A program made the translations under genes and the position numbers. Shown piece by piece: positions 31,479-44,400 of a DNA stretch of 64,000 nucleotides. The stretch comes from Azolla caroliniana (lineage: Eukaryota > Plantae > Polypodiophyta): positions 8,556,001 to 8,620,000 of the forward strand of contig JBHGNT010000018.1 of NCBI GenBank assembly GCA_043228905.1, read 5' to 3'. Within the stretch, counting starts at the first letter, position 1, and each line of letters starts with the position of its first letter. The notes under the pieces were generated by a model. It made no database searches. It saw only the letters and a program-made list of their open reading frames with translations, and was not told where the DNA came from.

Positions 31479-34118
31479 ATGGCTGCACGGAATGAGATTA
31501 GTAGTGAGGATTTGAACGGAAGAGGGCCAGCAACCTCCTCCGGTGATCATTCCATTAGCATCCAAGCCTCCCTATCATCGCCAACATCTGCCAATGATGG
31601 CGATAGAGACATCCAACTTACTAGCACTACTTCTGCCTCCCTTGACTCCTCTCAACAAAATCCCTCCTCTTCCTTAAGTGCCTCATTGAATCCGGGGACA
31701 CCATCTAATCCTGCTGCTCCATCCGCTCCCAATCATGCCATCAACATCGATGGCATTAGTACGCCTGCTGGACCATCCAATCCTACAGCAGCATCAAATC
31801 CTGCTGGACCTCCCAATCCCACTTCAAAAGATTATCTTGCTGGGCCTTCGAATCCGGGCCCCAAGAATAAAGAAGTATTGGCCTTGGACAACCCTATATT
31901 TGAAAATGTCACCACGGAATCGAATCCACCTATGCAATCTGATTCAGCTGTGCCATCCTCTCCCGACCATGAGAACCAGCTCAACATCTTCGCCTTACGG
32001 CTCGCTGTTCTTGAAAAGATCGGAATCAAGGTGGGCACTCTCACGTTCATTTGGGCCACTGTCGTCCTCCTCGGTGGTTTTGCGATCACAATGAAGGCGA
32101 TCGACTTCTGGTTTGTCACGGCTATCCTCGTCATTGAAGGCACACGGATCTTCAGTCGGAGCCACCAGCTAGAATTGCAGCACCATGACAAAAATGACCG
32201 TTCAGGCAGCCTCATCCGGAGGACGGCCAAGCTCTTGAACTCCGGCTGTTTCTCTCATCCAGATCCTTCTCCTTATTCAACTGCTACAACCGAAGAATCT
32301 AGCGAGAGAAATGATACATTGATAACTAATTTGGGCCTGCGCCAGTCCAAGATGAGGAAATGGGAAAATTTGAGGGTTCCCATCCTCCCTTGGATTGAGA
32401 TTAGAGCTTCCAATGTTCTTCTACTGTTGGAGTTGGTGCAGGTTCTGGCGGCACTCGCCACTCTGGCTATGTCTATCTACCGTCTATCGGTGCGTCAGTT
32501 CACGTTGCCCAAGGAGAAGGAAGATGGGACGCAGCTCAACCACCGCTCTGCGCTCTTCATCTTCTACAGCCTCGCGATAACGGAGGCGCTCGTGTTCTTG
32601 ATCCAGAGGATGTACTGGGAGATCAACATCTATTACCGGCATGTGTTGGAGCGAGTGAACGACAGCCTGGGACTCCAACCAAAAGACCTACCCATGACCC
32701 GGAGCTTCTTCTACCAGGTCTATAGCACATGCCTGAGCCAGAGCATCTACGGGAGTCTGAAGATGGACATGGTGGATTATGCTCTCTCATGCTTGCAGTC
32801 GGATCAAGCCGATGAGCAGCTGGCTGGGCTCAGTGTGCTGGTGACCTACTCCAAGAGAAAGCAAGTTGACTCGGGAGGAGTGGATAACACCCTCCGCAGC
32901 ATTGGGATCAAACAAGGGGCCGTTGAAAGGCTTCTGGAGATGGTGACTTGGAACGATGATCAGGCCTATTTCATCCGACAGTCTGCTGCCGATCTCTTGC
33001 GCAAGATTGTGAAGTCTAACCCACACAGCATCAGGGTTATCTCCATATCCGGCTCAATCGAGCGTGTCACCAGGCTTTTTATCTCCAACGCCAACAAGGA
33101 TAACATTCAGATTCGCACCGTCGCCCTAAAGATTCTCAAGTATCTGATCAGAGATCCTCTCACCAGGCACAGCATCCATACTGTGAACCTCCTGGAAACC
33201 TGCCTCTTCAACTATATCAGAGATAACAATAACATGCTCCGCAACGACCAGAAGCAAGAGAAGCTTATCATCCTGCAGGTGAAGCTATGTTTGCAGCTCC
33301 TCCATATGCTGGCCAACGACAATCTAGCAAACGAAAACACAGAGAAGATGTCTGAACTCGTCCAATGGCTCCTGGGCATCTTTCTCCAATGCACGTTGGA
33401 TGATTATGAAACCAGCAGGAGGGCTGGCAAAGCATTATGTTTGTTGGCGCAGACGAGCATGGAGCATGCCCTTTTAATGGAAAATAAGCTGAACGAAGTA
33501 ATGGAGAAAATATCGGATAAAAGGTTGGGAGATATTGTTCTGACTGTACTGAGGATCTTATGTGCCTACAGAAATCTACCATTCAGGACCATAATTGTGA
33601 GAGACTGCACGATGCGGACAATGAAGATAATGATGCCGCCTAAAGCTGGCGCGGAGGTAGTGCCGATGGAACTAAGAGTGGCGGCCATGGGGCTTCTGTG
33701 GGAGGTGGCTGGTGACATAAAGAACATGGAAAGATTGATGAAAGAGGAAGAGATCAGACCCTCGGCCGTGGTGAACAGACTGAAGGAGGTGGTGGCAGTG
33801 ACATCAGTTGAAAAGCGGATGCTTCCTTACTTGAAGCGGACTGCAGTGGGGCTTGCAATCGCCCTCATGAAGCATCATGGTCGCATCTTCAACCGATTCT
33901 TCGTGAAGCCTGAAATCCGGGATGCTTTCCTGGGCTTGTCCGCCTCCGATCTCTTCAAAACGGAGCCTTGGGCTATAGGTGATGTCTCTGACCCCGTATC
34001 TCAGACCGACCCCGACTCTGAGGTCATGGACAATAGTGGCTACACTTTGCAATCGGTTAGAGTGCGCTACCTTCTTAATGAACTTAAGGAAGCCTTAGAT
34101 GAATCAGCAATGTGGTAA
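31479..34118 (+). CDS. Intronless transmembrane + ARM-repeat protein, BLE2/Ptr/At5g18980-like family
   Basis: 879 codons from ATG 31479. Signature FALRLAVLEK...FIWATVVLLGGFA...DFWFVTAILVIEGTRIFSRSH; hydrophobic helices; ALFIFYSLA, LKMDMVDYA, ERLLEMVTW ARM-like region; S/P/N-rich N-terminus; TA-rich box ~40 nt upstream. Confidence 0.85.
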   Translation: MAARNEISSEDLNGRGPATSSGDHSISIQASLSSPTSANDGDRDIQLTSTTSASLDSSQQNPSSSLSASLNPGTPSNPAAPSAPNHAINIDGISTPAGPSNPTAASNPAGPPNPTSKDYLAGPSNPGPKNKEVLALDNPIFENVTTESNPPMQSDSAVPSSPDHENQLNIFALRLAVLEKIGIKVGTLTFIWATVVLLGGFAITMKAIDFWFVTAILVIEGTRIFSRSHQLELQHHDKNDRSGSLIRRTAKLLNSGCFSHPDPSPYSTATTEESSERNDTLITNLGLRQSKMRKWENLRVPILPWIEIRASNVLLLLELVQVLAALATLAMSIYRLSVRQFTLPKEKEDGTQLNHRSALFIFYSLAITEALVFLIQRMYWEINIYYRHVLERVNDSLGLQPKDLPMTRSFFYQVYSTCLSQSIYGSLKMDMVDYALSCLQSDQADEQLAGLSVLVTYSKRKQVDSGGVDNTLRSIGIKQGAVERLLEMVTWNDDQAYFIRQSAADLLRKIVKSNPHSIRVISISGSIERVTRLFISNANKDNIQIRTVALKILKYLIRDPLTRHSIHTVNLLETCLFNYIRDNNNMLRNDQKQEKLIILQVKLCLQLLHMLANDNLANENTEKMSELVQWLLGIFLQCTLDDYETSRRAGKALCLLAQTSMEHALLMENKLNEVMEKISDKRLGDIVLTVLRILCAYRNLPFRTIIVRDCTMRTMKIMMPPKAGAEVVPMELRVAAMGLLWEVAGDIKNMERLMKEEEIRPSAVVNRLKEVVAVTSVEKRMLPYLKRTAVGLAIALMKHHGRIFNRFFVKPEIRDAFLGLSASDLFKTEPWAIGDVSDPVSQTDPDSEVMDNSGYTLQSVRVRYLLNELKEALDESAMW

Positions 34119-34546
34119 AGCGCAGGAAATTCTGGGCTTATGGGAAAACTGTCGCACGCTATGTCCTAGCTACAGTGTATGCGCAGTGTAGCAAGAGATT
34201 TTGGCCGGCTAAAAGTTAGCCCATGAACAATGGCCACATGGAATAAATGGGCACAATCAAATACCTTATGAAGATTTCACTTGTTTTCTGTATCATATTT
34301 TCTTTCGTTCTAGCTTCACACAATAAGCTACAGGAGGTGGTACTTTCAAACTTCCCGTTGTTGTTCTTTCACACAATAAGCTATCTTTCAAACTTCCCAT
34401 TGTTGGTACTTTCAAACTTCCCGTTGTTGTTCTTTCACACAATAAGCTATCTTTCAAACTTCCCATTGTTGTTGAACATCTTAAAGTTGATTTTGAATAC
34501 TAAGTACGGAAATAGAATTTTCTCTCCCCTTCTTTTTTTATTGTAG

Positions 34547-34585
<39 letters not shown>

Positions 34586-34996
34586 AATTAAACTTGATTT
34601 CACTAAGTACAACAATAGAATACTCTCCCTCCTATTCACCTTTTTCTTTTTGCTTCCCCTACTCTTAAGTTGTTTACCCTACAAGCACTCCGCCAAACCC
34701 AATTTTCTCACCTCTCTATTAGATATCTCATACATATCTCTTAATTCACTAGATACCCTTACTAACTAAGCTACATCCATCTGGGCTACCTCTCTTTTTA
34801 GTTAAACGCACACAATCATATTAATTGTATATAAAATCCACTTGTTATAACAACTCCTAGTCCGGTTTTTGGAAGAAAAGAAAACACTTCGTAGTCTCCT
34901 CTACCTACCTATCCTATGTAGAGAGAGGGCCATTGTTGCATTGTTGCACATGTGTACTATTCAAACGGAACCACAGGGATCGTAGACTAGAAAGCC

Positions 34997-35034
<38 letters not shown>

Positions 35035-36359
35035 AATTTTGCACTCATCAAACATTGTTGCTCCTTCACCTTTCGCATGCTGACCTTTACTTGACAAGTT
35101 GTCCCTTGTCGAGTGTTTACTTGCCAAGTGTTCATTTGATGAGTGTCCGCTCAACAAGATTAGGCACTTAGCGCCTAAATGGATCCTTGCCAAATCAAGC
35201 CAAGTAAAGGATCAAATCAAGTATGAAGCGAGGGTTAACGCAAGGTAACGATTAATCATGAGACTACGACAAATGAGTCGAGGTAGGAACAAGCGAAGGC
35301 TATCCAGATAAATGATTACAGGTTAAAGAGCACAACAAGCTTAGATTGAAGAGAGAAAAAAATGGCTTCAAGCAAATCCAAGTTCGAAGATGGTTAGAAG
35401 GAAGGGAAGATGGTGTCGAGCACGAGCTCTCTAACCCCGAACCATCAAGCACCAAATGACGAACTTGAAGAACGTGTGAAGGACAAGTACCAAACACCTC
35501 AAGCTCAACAAACACGAACGCACGAACTCACAAGCACACAAAAATCCAATCGGTAACTACAACACGAACACGTCCACAAAAGCACAACGAGCCACGAATG
35601 TTGGGCTCGTGAGCACAAGAACCACGCAAATACGAGTACCACAGGAACACCAAAAATGATCCGAACACGTGAGTGTCAAATGTGGGTGTATAATGGCCAT
35701 ATTCACACTCTCCTGCTCACACAAACAAGGTTTAGGACAATAATGTAAATATGTTCAAGGGTAGTTGCGCTAGTCCAATTAGTAAATAATTGTCTTTGTA
35801 ACGTAGTTCAAGATAATGTTGCCATACTTTTGTATAATATAACTTTATATTATTTGTGCCTCTGGTGTTCTCACTCTTAGTTTCTCTGTACAATGTTTTT
35901 GATCCATGCTAAGTTGTCATCTTGTATATGTATACTGTAAAGAATTACATATGTAGAAGCCTATAAATAAACACAGTCGGTTCAGCCATAGTGAGGTAAA
36001 ACACAAAGAAGAAGAAAAATACAATAACTATTAGCGAGAGAGATAGAGAGAGCAAAAGACAAAAAATAATGACACTCTATGCATACAACTGTGCTCAGTG
36101 AGCAGTCTAATACAAGCCTCTGACATAAGTTCACACAAGTATTGACAAGTACTTGAATGCTCATAAATGAGCAACTAACACTGACTCCTAAAATATTCCT
36201 AATACTAATACTAGGAATATAGGTCCTAACGGCCCATTGGCCTATCTCTCGGCCCACCCAATTGTCGTCTTATTCAACCGACTCAGCTATCGACTTCTTT
36301 AGCCGACCGGCTTGCCGACCTTTAGCCGATTCGGCTCATGTTCAGTTTGTCTCTAAACA

Positions 36360-38560
36360 CTCTCCCTAAATCTCAACTTGAGGTTCCTTCTCCTCTACCA
36401 GTTCTTTACCTCAACTCCTTCTTCTTGTTTGCCTCATGGCCCACGCTCAACGACCCGTCCAGTCTCACGCTCCACGACTTGTTCGGTTGGCTTGTATGCT
36501 CCCAAGGCCCTCCTTAGCCTTCTCCTAGCCTCTGAGACTTCGGCGTCCTTCGATCCTTTAGTTCTCCCCCCTTGGCATAAACTTCAACTACCTTCTTGTC
36601 TACTTGGCCTTCATGTGATTCAACTTGTCCGAACCACTCCTCTCGTCCGAATCGGCTATCTCTTATTCAACCTCTTTGTTAACCAAATCGACGGTCTTCG
36701 ATTCGTCTTCAGTTCAGCTTTTGGCTATCTCTGCCCAAGTCTTGTCAACTTTCTTTTCCTTCCCGCCTAGCTCTAGCTCGTTCGTTCTTCTCCCCATGAA
36801 TTTGGCTCGCCTTCCGTTACCCAGGTACTTCCTTTCGTTCTATCATTAGATTTGGCTTCTTTGGCCAATTCTTCTCTCCCCCTCAAGTTCGATACATTGG
36901 GATGTTGTAGACCAAGCATAGTCGAGAATTGCTGCAACCTGTCATGGCCGACAGGTTTGGTGACGATGTCGGCCACTAGTCAATCACTTAGAACATTGTT
37001 ATGGACACGAACATATAATATCCCGTGGTGAGAATTTACCGTAGTATTCTATACACGTGGATAAGTGTGAGGGTTAAACAAGAGTGTAAAGAAGGGGAGG
37101 ATTACTTTTAATCCTCGGCATTGAGACAACCCATTAGGCCAAGTGTGAACTTGCCTGGGGGCCTTGGGTATCGCTATAAATAAGTGGCTTAGCTACCCTC
37201 ATTTGATCATCTTGTTGACTACATCAAGACTCTGTCTTGTGGTGGGTCAACTCTTGTAGCGAGCGCGCCAGCACCAGGTACGAGTGGACGCCACGACGAT
37301 GGTATGGGATGCCGATCGAGGCTCGAGTCCGTCTCGATCCCTTCGCTCGGGGGTGGTCGGGTAGATCGACACCCTTCTTTCTCTCTCTCCTTTCTATCGA
37401 TTTATCTATATTCTATCCTTATCTAATGCTTACATTAGTTCATGTCTCTAACAAACATATTGGGGTTCCACTTTACCAAAGAGAACACGCTCGTGCATGA
37501 AGTGATACTGCACCTCAATGTGCTTCGTCCAAGCACGGAAGACACCTCCACTTGCAGATCCTTGAGTAGCCTCTTCAGCCAAATCGCTTTGCATGTAGCG
37601 ACAATCGCTTCTCTGTATTTGGCCTTAGTGCTCGAAAATGCCAGTGTCGACTGCTTCTTGGTACACCAAGTGATTGTAGCACTCCCTAAGGAGAATGCAT
37701 ATTCTGATGTTGATCGGTGATCACGTGCACTTCCAGCCAAGTCAGCATCTGTGTAGCCGACTAGTAGTTCGACTACACACCTGCTCGATACATCAACCTG
37801 TTGACCTTGCCGGATGAACAACGAAGAATCCAACTTCAACAGAGCAAACCCAATTTGACGGAATCTCTACATGGTGTTTGCATTCCAGGCTTTGGGAGCT
37901 TGCTTGAGTCTATAAAGAGACTTCTTCAGTCTGCATACTATCGATGTGTTCAATTTGGATAGAAATACGGAGAGTTGTACCATGTACACCTGCTCCTCAA
38001 GCTCACCTTGTACCAATGCATTCTTTACATCCATCCATTGTAAATACCACCCCTTTGCTATTACTACTGCCAACAACACAAGGACGCTCGTTGTCTTTGC
38101 AATCGGTGCGAACCTCTCATCATAGTCAATGCCATGTAACTGCGCATAGCCCTTGGCTACTAGTTGGGCCTTGTACCTAATCGATCCATCGGCATTGTAT
38201 TTTATCTTACACACCCACCCACTTGCATCCTATTAGCTTTACTCCTTTAGGAGCATGAACCAGGTCCCATGTCTCGTTTTCGGCTAGAGCGTGCTTCTCT
38301 TCCTCCATAGCCTCTCTCCATTTAGCATCATGTGTCACCTCCATGTAGCTCTTCTACTCTCCATATACGAATAATGATGCGTCATGTACTCAGTATATCC
38401 ACACCTAAGGATAGGGTTCTTGTGGTGAGATGATTGGTACAACCTCTCGTTGGCCAACTTCAACGCCCTCTTGGCTGATTCTGACCTTAGCTTAGGAGGT
38501 CCATCTTCGCTCATGACCCCATCGGATTCGCTTCGATACGATGTGGCAACATTGGTGCTG
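36360..38560 (-). mobile_element. Degenerate Ty1/copia (RT/RNase H), PPT, 3' LTR starting at 36359
   Basis: YKAQLVAKGYAQLHGIDY, MDVKNA, LKKSLYRLKQAP, GYTDADLAG, KKQSTLAFSS. PPT TTTAGGGAGAG is followed by TGTT. Confidence 0.8.
36997..37453 (+). repeat. Solo LTR (family of the 9645/10566 LTRs)
   Basis: TGTTA...TAACA with perfect TSD AACAT (36992-36996, 37454-37458). Interrupts the copia RNase H. Confidence 0.9.
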
Positions 38561-38999
38561 TTTTCGGGGTAGTTGTGGTTTGTGCAGCGAAGTTGCGGGG
38601 ACTAAGGTTAACGGGAGTTCGAGAAATTTTTTAAAAGGCTTATGCGACAATGTCACAAAGATTAAGGATATAAGTAATAAGAGTTAAAAGTAATCTACAA
38701 GAGAGACACGAGTAAGGACAAGAGATAGAGACAATGTACAATTAATGATGCAAGCGTATATGATAAGAATATGTATTATATTCAAACTACAAGATTTTTC
38801 CAACTTTACAATGCTTGATCGCAAAGATGAAACTTTTCCCTACCAAACTTCGGATTTCAACTATTGACTTCAAGTTCGAGAGACAAGACACATCCCAAAT
38901 GAGATAGGTTGCTTCTTTGATTGATGAATTATTAGATTTCTTACTTGATTCCCTTTGATTCCCCTTGATTATATAGGTGCTCTCATGTATATCATAATG

Positions 39000-39605
39000 C
39001 GGTGTTGAACCGAATTGGTTCTCAATAATGCCATGTGCCTCTTTTTATAGTGTGTTTGGGAGTACCCTTGACATCTCTAGATTGTTCCAGAGAAATCTAG
39101 AATATACATTTAAAAAATAAATGAAAACATTATTCTTTGTATTACAAGGTATAACATAATGGTAGGGCTTCATCCCTTGTGACACAAGGTCATGGGTTCA
39201 AATCCTTTTGAAGCCATACCATGTTATATTATGACACTACTCCCCCCCCCCCCCCCCCTTAAGATAAAGAGTGTTACGAGTCTTCTTAGATTGAGTCCGA
39301 CTTGGTTTGTTGGGATATTTTCGATCAAAATCATCAATAAGAGCTCGAGCATTTGCTACATTCTTGACGGGTTCCCTAGTATGCTCGCTAGGACTATAGC
39401 TTAGCCAATCGACCAAATAGTAGAGCTTGTTGCGAACAATCTTGGAATCGATGATGGTAGCAACTTCATACTCCGGGCCGACGTCGAACTCAAGCTGGGG
39501 CGGTGGTGGTGTAACACGATCGGGAATAGTGTTTGCTTTATAAGGTTCAAGAAGAGAACTATGGAAGACCGGATGTATCCGAAGATGCGGAGGAAGATCA
39601 AGGCG
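39000..39605 (-). mobile_element. Tcn1-like 3' end (chromodomain, G-run PPT, truncated 3' LTR 39236-~39000)
   Basis: RIHPVFHSSLLEPY...EYEVATIIDS...YLVDWLSY. The LTR matches the 41492 LTR family. Confidence 0.8.
39148..39221 (+). promoter_or_regulatory. tRNA-like A-box/B-box module in LTR U3, antisense to element
   Basis: TAACATAATGG 39152-39162, GGTTCAAATCC 39195-39205, then TTTT and ...GCCATACCA; spacing 43. Confidence 0.7.
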
Positions 39606-40178
39606 GAACCCGTCGAGCATGTCACCAATGCTCAAGATCTTCTTGCTGAGTTCCATCGAAAGTATTCGGACAAACCCGGTCCCCAATCAGCGCCGACTCG
39701 TTCCACTTGTCGCCTTAAGGGGGAGATAGTATAATGATATGACAAGACTCGAACCCATGACCTTATGTTATATGGGTCGAGCTCTTGACCATTATACCAT
39801 CTATTGTAATTTGTAGGATATTATTTTCATTTATACTTTATTATAAGAAATTAATGTATATTCCAGATTTCTCTAGAACATTCTAGAAGCTTCAGGATTA
39901 CTCCTAAGAACACTATAAAAGAAGGCACTAGGCATTATGTTGAACCAAATTGGTTCAACGCCAGTCTTAAGCCTCTTAGCCATTTTGTACTTATCCTTCA
40001 CATAATATATTAGTTGTTATCATCATCTCTCTCTCTCTCTCATCCTCGCTATCTCTCTTCTCTCTTCTCTCTCTCTCTCTCTCTCTCGGGAGTCTTATGC
40101 AGTCCTGTCTTCTTAGTACTAATAGTACTTCTCTTCTTTAGTACTAATTCCATCTTTGTTTTAGTACTATTCCTGACA
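39606..40178 (+). mobile_element. Tcn1-like 3' end (chromodomain tail, PPT, 3' LTR 39730-40178)
   Basis: EPVEHVTNAQDLLAEFHRKY; PPT AAGGGGGAGATAG. The LTR has HSE, TATA and a (CT)n tract and ends CCTGACA. Confidence 0.8.
39741..39802 (-). promoter_or_regulatory. tRNA-like A-box/B-box module in LTR U3, antisense to element
   Basis: TGGTATAATGG 39799-39789, AAGGTCATGGGTTCGAGTCT (B box 39755-39745); spacing 44. Confidence 0.7.
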
Positions 40179-41090
40179 GCAAATGCCTTATGACGACCAT
40201 AAAAGATTGTCTATTGCTAGTTCAATTGAAGATCAAAAAATATATTGGATGCGGTGCCTTGAGGAAAAACACAAAAATATTGAGCGAACCAAAAAGTACG
40301 CTAGTGATTAGGATGTGGATTGGTGGGACGTCTTCTTTAATCATCAACATATGATATTAGATAACCACTTTGTGGGGTACTAACTACCACAAAATCAATT
40401 CGAATGGAATATTGGTGACCCATCAATGGCGAGCACAACTCATTTACAACCACTAGATAATCTTGAATTAAATAACCTAGTTCATCCACAACAAAGAGAT
40501 ATTTACGTGAGACCAAGATTATCTCATGTTGTAGAGGCGAGATGGCAAGCCAATCTACATGAGCTACAAGTTGGTATGTTGGTTGAAACATTAGCTAGGG
40601 GTGATAAGTTGGGACATCTTTTGGATTTCTAAAATCATTGAAATTATTAAGGATGTTGAAGGCAATCAAGTAAAATCAATTGTGGTTCATTGGTATCAAA
40701 CCTCTTCCAAAGATGCATTTATTGGGAAGTACTCTTTAGAGATGGTTAAGGATGTCAAAGGCACAAGCAGAAAGCAGAGAAGAAAGAATCTACCAATCAG
40801 GTCTACTCTAGCACCTGATAATGTTGACATACTCCTCTATGACTTCTCCTTGACCAAAACAGGCCCTCTAAGCTAGACTACAATCACGATAATAAAAGAG
40901 GGAGATCCCAATGTGCTTGTTGACGCAACCAGAGACGAACAAGGAGTATGTCTCATAAGCACAATGAAGTTGGATTGCAATTGGATGAAGACAATGCATT
41001 GGTTGCTAGTGATGATGAGGATGAGACCTCACAAAGTTGTTCTAGTTCATCGGGTGGATCTGAAGGGGAAGGTGTATCTCTGAGAAGTGA
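40179..41090 (+). pseudogene. Frameshifted relic of an unassigned protein, possibly a DNA-transposon-encoded C-terminus
   Basis: Joined frames read LQVGMLVETL...HLFWISKIIEII...IVVHWY...GKYSLEM...YDFSLTKTG, followed by an acidic/serine tail. Family not identified. Confidence 0.35.
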
Positions 41091-41491
41091 TGGTTCTCAT
41101 ATATGAATGTAAATATTGTATATTACATCAAGATGGTGATTCACAACTACGTATAAATATAGGTGTTAGTCATTTTGTAATTTTTGTAACTTCACGTGCC
41201 GATTATTTAGGCATTTTTTTGAAAGCCCTAAATTTTTGGACATGGTATAAATCAATATATTTTGATTCAGTTTTCAAAAACCTTTACACATGCGTTACCC
41301 TTTTTTGTGAAACAACCTACTTTGCGCCTTTTTTGGATGGACAGTTCTTAAAATGCGACATATTAGCTATTTCAAATGACCGAGTGTTATTCGATTCTTT
41401 GCATGAAATATGGATTTTCATATATGCATCACATGAAATATCGATTTTTTGTGCCAAATGGCGATCATGCATCACATGCATGCCATGCTCC

Positions 41492-44400
41492 TATCATGGT
41501 ATGGCTTCAAAAGGATTTGAACCCATGATCTTCTGTCACAAGAGATGAAGCCCTACCATTGAGCTATACACCCTGTAATACAAAAAATAATGTTTTCATT
41601 TATTATTTCACTAGAAAATCCATGTATATTCTAGATTTCTCTGGAACATTCTAGAAATATTAAGAGTAATCCTAACCACACTATAATAAGAGGCACATGG
41701 CATTATTGAAAACCAATTTGGTTCAACGCCAGTGTTAAGCCTCCTAGTTGTTCTTGTATCCTTCTGCTTATAATATATATCTTCTATGAATAGTTAAGAG
41801 GAAAATATGGTTGCACACCATCTTCTCCTCTTAAGTACTCATAGTATCCTCCTCTACCTCTTGTACTAATTCCCTGTCCATATTTAGTACTATTCCTGAC
41901 ATTTGAACCGAATTAGTCCTCTATTTTCTTCCTCCTCCCTGCCTTCATACTAATCCTCTTATCCCTCCTTCCGCCAATGCTATCAATGTTGGAATATCAA
42001 TAATATCAATCTGTTTTCTCAGAGTTGCAATGCTTGAAAGAAAAGTTTGTCATGTTGGAACAAGAAAATGAATGATTTTTGGGGGATCCTCAACAAATCT
42101 CTTTAGAAAAGCAAAAAACGCAACAACAACATGGGGAGCTAGCGTTACGCGTGCAACAACTTGAAGCAACTTGAAGACTTACTCCTGACTTTCCCCGAAG
42201 AACCAAAATTGCTCATAGAGGCCATCAGTTGAGCGGTACAATGTGATAACGGGCTTTTCAAATGACGTTTGAAACGTTGATTACAAATGCTAAGGACCAT
42301 GTCAGAGCCCACATACGCCTCGGTCATAGCAAAACCATTTGCAAGGGAGTCATATAATGCATCTCTGGCAAATACTCCAACACAGATGGAAATCGACACC
42401 ACACGTCATCGTGGACCATTGTCGGAAGAAGAAATGCAACGACGCGGAGCAAATCGATTATGTCTTTATTGCGGAGAACTAGGGCATATCACAATAAACT
42501 ATCCACATAGGCCAAGAAGATAGGTAAATCAAATAGTAACTTGTACTAAACCCAATTCTATTTCAGTAGGAGTGTCTAATAATCCTAATAGTACTAATAG
42601 CCCAAGTTTATCAAACAAATTTGAAGTCCTTAGTCAGTTAGAATATGAGTTAAATGATTGATTCCAGCCAAAATAGGAGCTGTTTGGTTGGACAACCCTA
42701 CATTTGTGCAACCCATTAGTGATTCCAGTACCTCTAAGCAAGTTAGCGATGTGTTCTTAGCTCAAGTAACAGTTAGTACTAAAAGCACCCCTCTAGTACA
42801 TGTCTTAGCACTCTGAGATTCCAGAGCCAATTCTTGCTTCATGGATAGGAATTTTTCCCAAGCTCATCAAATATCCCTCAGAAAGCTTCCTTGCCTAGCA
42901 TTTGTAGTAGTCATTGATGGTCGTCCCATTGCTTCTAGAAAAATCATAGAAGACATAGAGCCAATTCATGTTGTCCTAGATAATTTGGTATGTGTAGTAA
43001 TATTTAATATAATTAGTACTCCAAAGCATCCAAATTTCTTGGGGTTACCATGGTTCGAATTACATAACCCAAACATAGATTGGAGAATAAGAAAAATCTG
43101 GTCTCAACAAATCTGAGGATCTACTCATGGAATTTGAACCATTTCGGTACATCAATTGCCTCAGGAAGGACGCAAGGAATATACGTTTGTATTTGCAATA
43201 TCAGTAAAACCGTCTAAAGAGGAAGTTCTCCTTATCTCGAGTCTTTTAGAACGGATTAATGGTGCAAAGTTCTTCACCAAGATCGACTTACAAGGAGCAT
43301 ATAACCTCGTACGGATCCGACTAGGAGATGAATGGAAGACCACTTTTCGCATCCAATATGGGCACTTCGAGTATACGATTATGCCATTCGGTCTCACCAA
43401 TGCGCCAACAGTCTTCCAGCACATGGAAAATGATATATTCCGAGATCTCTTGGATATCAGTTTGATCATCTATTTGGATGATCTACTAGTTTATTTGAAG
43501 AATCAAGAAGAGCATGATTCTCATGTACTATTAGTACAGTAACTAAAATGACTTGGAGAACATGGTCTTTATGCAAAACTAGAAAAATGTAGTTTTGACC
43601 ACAACTAGCTGGAATTTCTAAGCTATGTCATCTCCTCGGAAAGCATCTTTATGGATCCAAGTAAGGTGTAAACTGTGGTAGAGTGGCAGACTCCACGTTC
43701 GTTGCGAGATGTGCAATGTTTTTTAGGCTTCACAAATTTCTACCGCAAGTTTATACAAGACTATTCAAAGCTTATTTTGCCTCCCACACAGCTTACTAAG
43801 AAGGGGCAATCATTTGTTTGGTCTAAGGAAGCGGGCACAATGGAGGCATTTTTTAGAGGGATCTTCTCATCAAGTCACTAGATTCAATGATCACAAAAAT
43901 CTTGCCTACTTCCAGAATGCTCGTGTATTAAATCAATGACAAGCTCGGTTTGGCCCAATTCCTCTATCTTTTGGACTTCAAAATTACATATTCTCCACTT
44001 TGCCGAATATGCCTATAATAACTCTACCCACACATCCACTAGGGTTACACTATTTTATGCTTATACAGGCTATCATCCCCGGTGGTGTGTATTCGAAACT
44101 CGGGAGTTACCCACAAATCCTCATGCAAAGGATCATTTGGAGCAGCTACACAAGATACAAGCAGACCTATCTACCCATTTACATCAATCTCAACAAACAC
44201 AGAAGGATTATGCAGACCAGCATTGGCGTCCATCCTATTTTAACATTGGAAATCGGGTATGGCTATTACGATGACACATCAAGACTACACGACCATGCGA
44301 TAAATTGGATTATAGGTCCTTTCCGTATTATCGAAAAAATTAATGATTTCACTTTTCATCTTGATCTACCTCCGCAACTACGGATACATTCGTTTTTTCA

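Noticed and set aside
41497-41572. Functional tRNA genes in the LTRs (e.g. Thr-UGU-like here, Arg-CCU-like loop at ~5990)
   Set aside because: Acceptor and anticodon stems do not form a canonical cloverleaf and TTTT follows the B box in some copies. Reported as tRNA-like promoter modules only.
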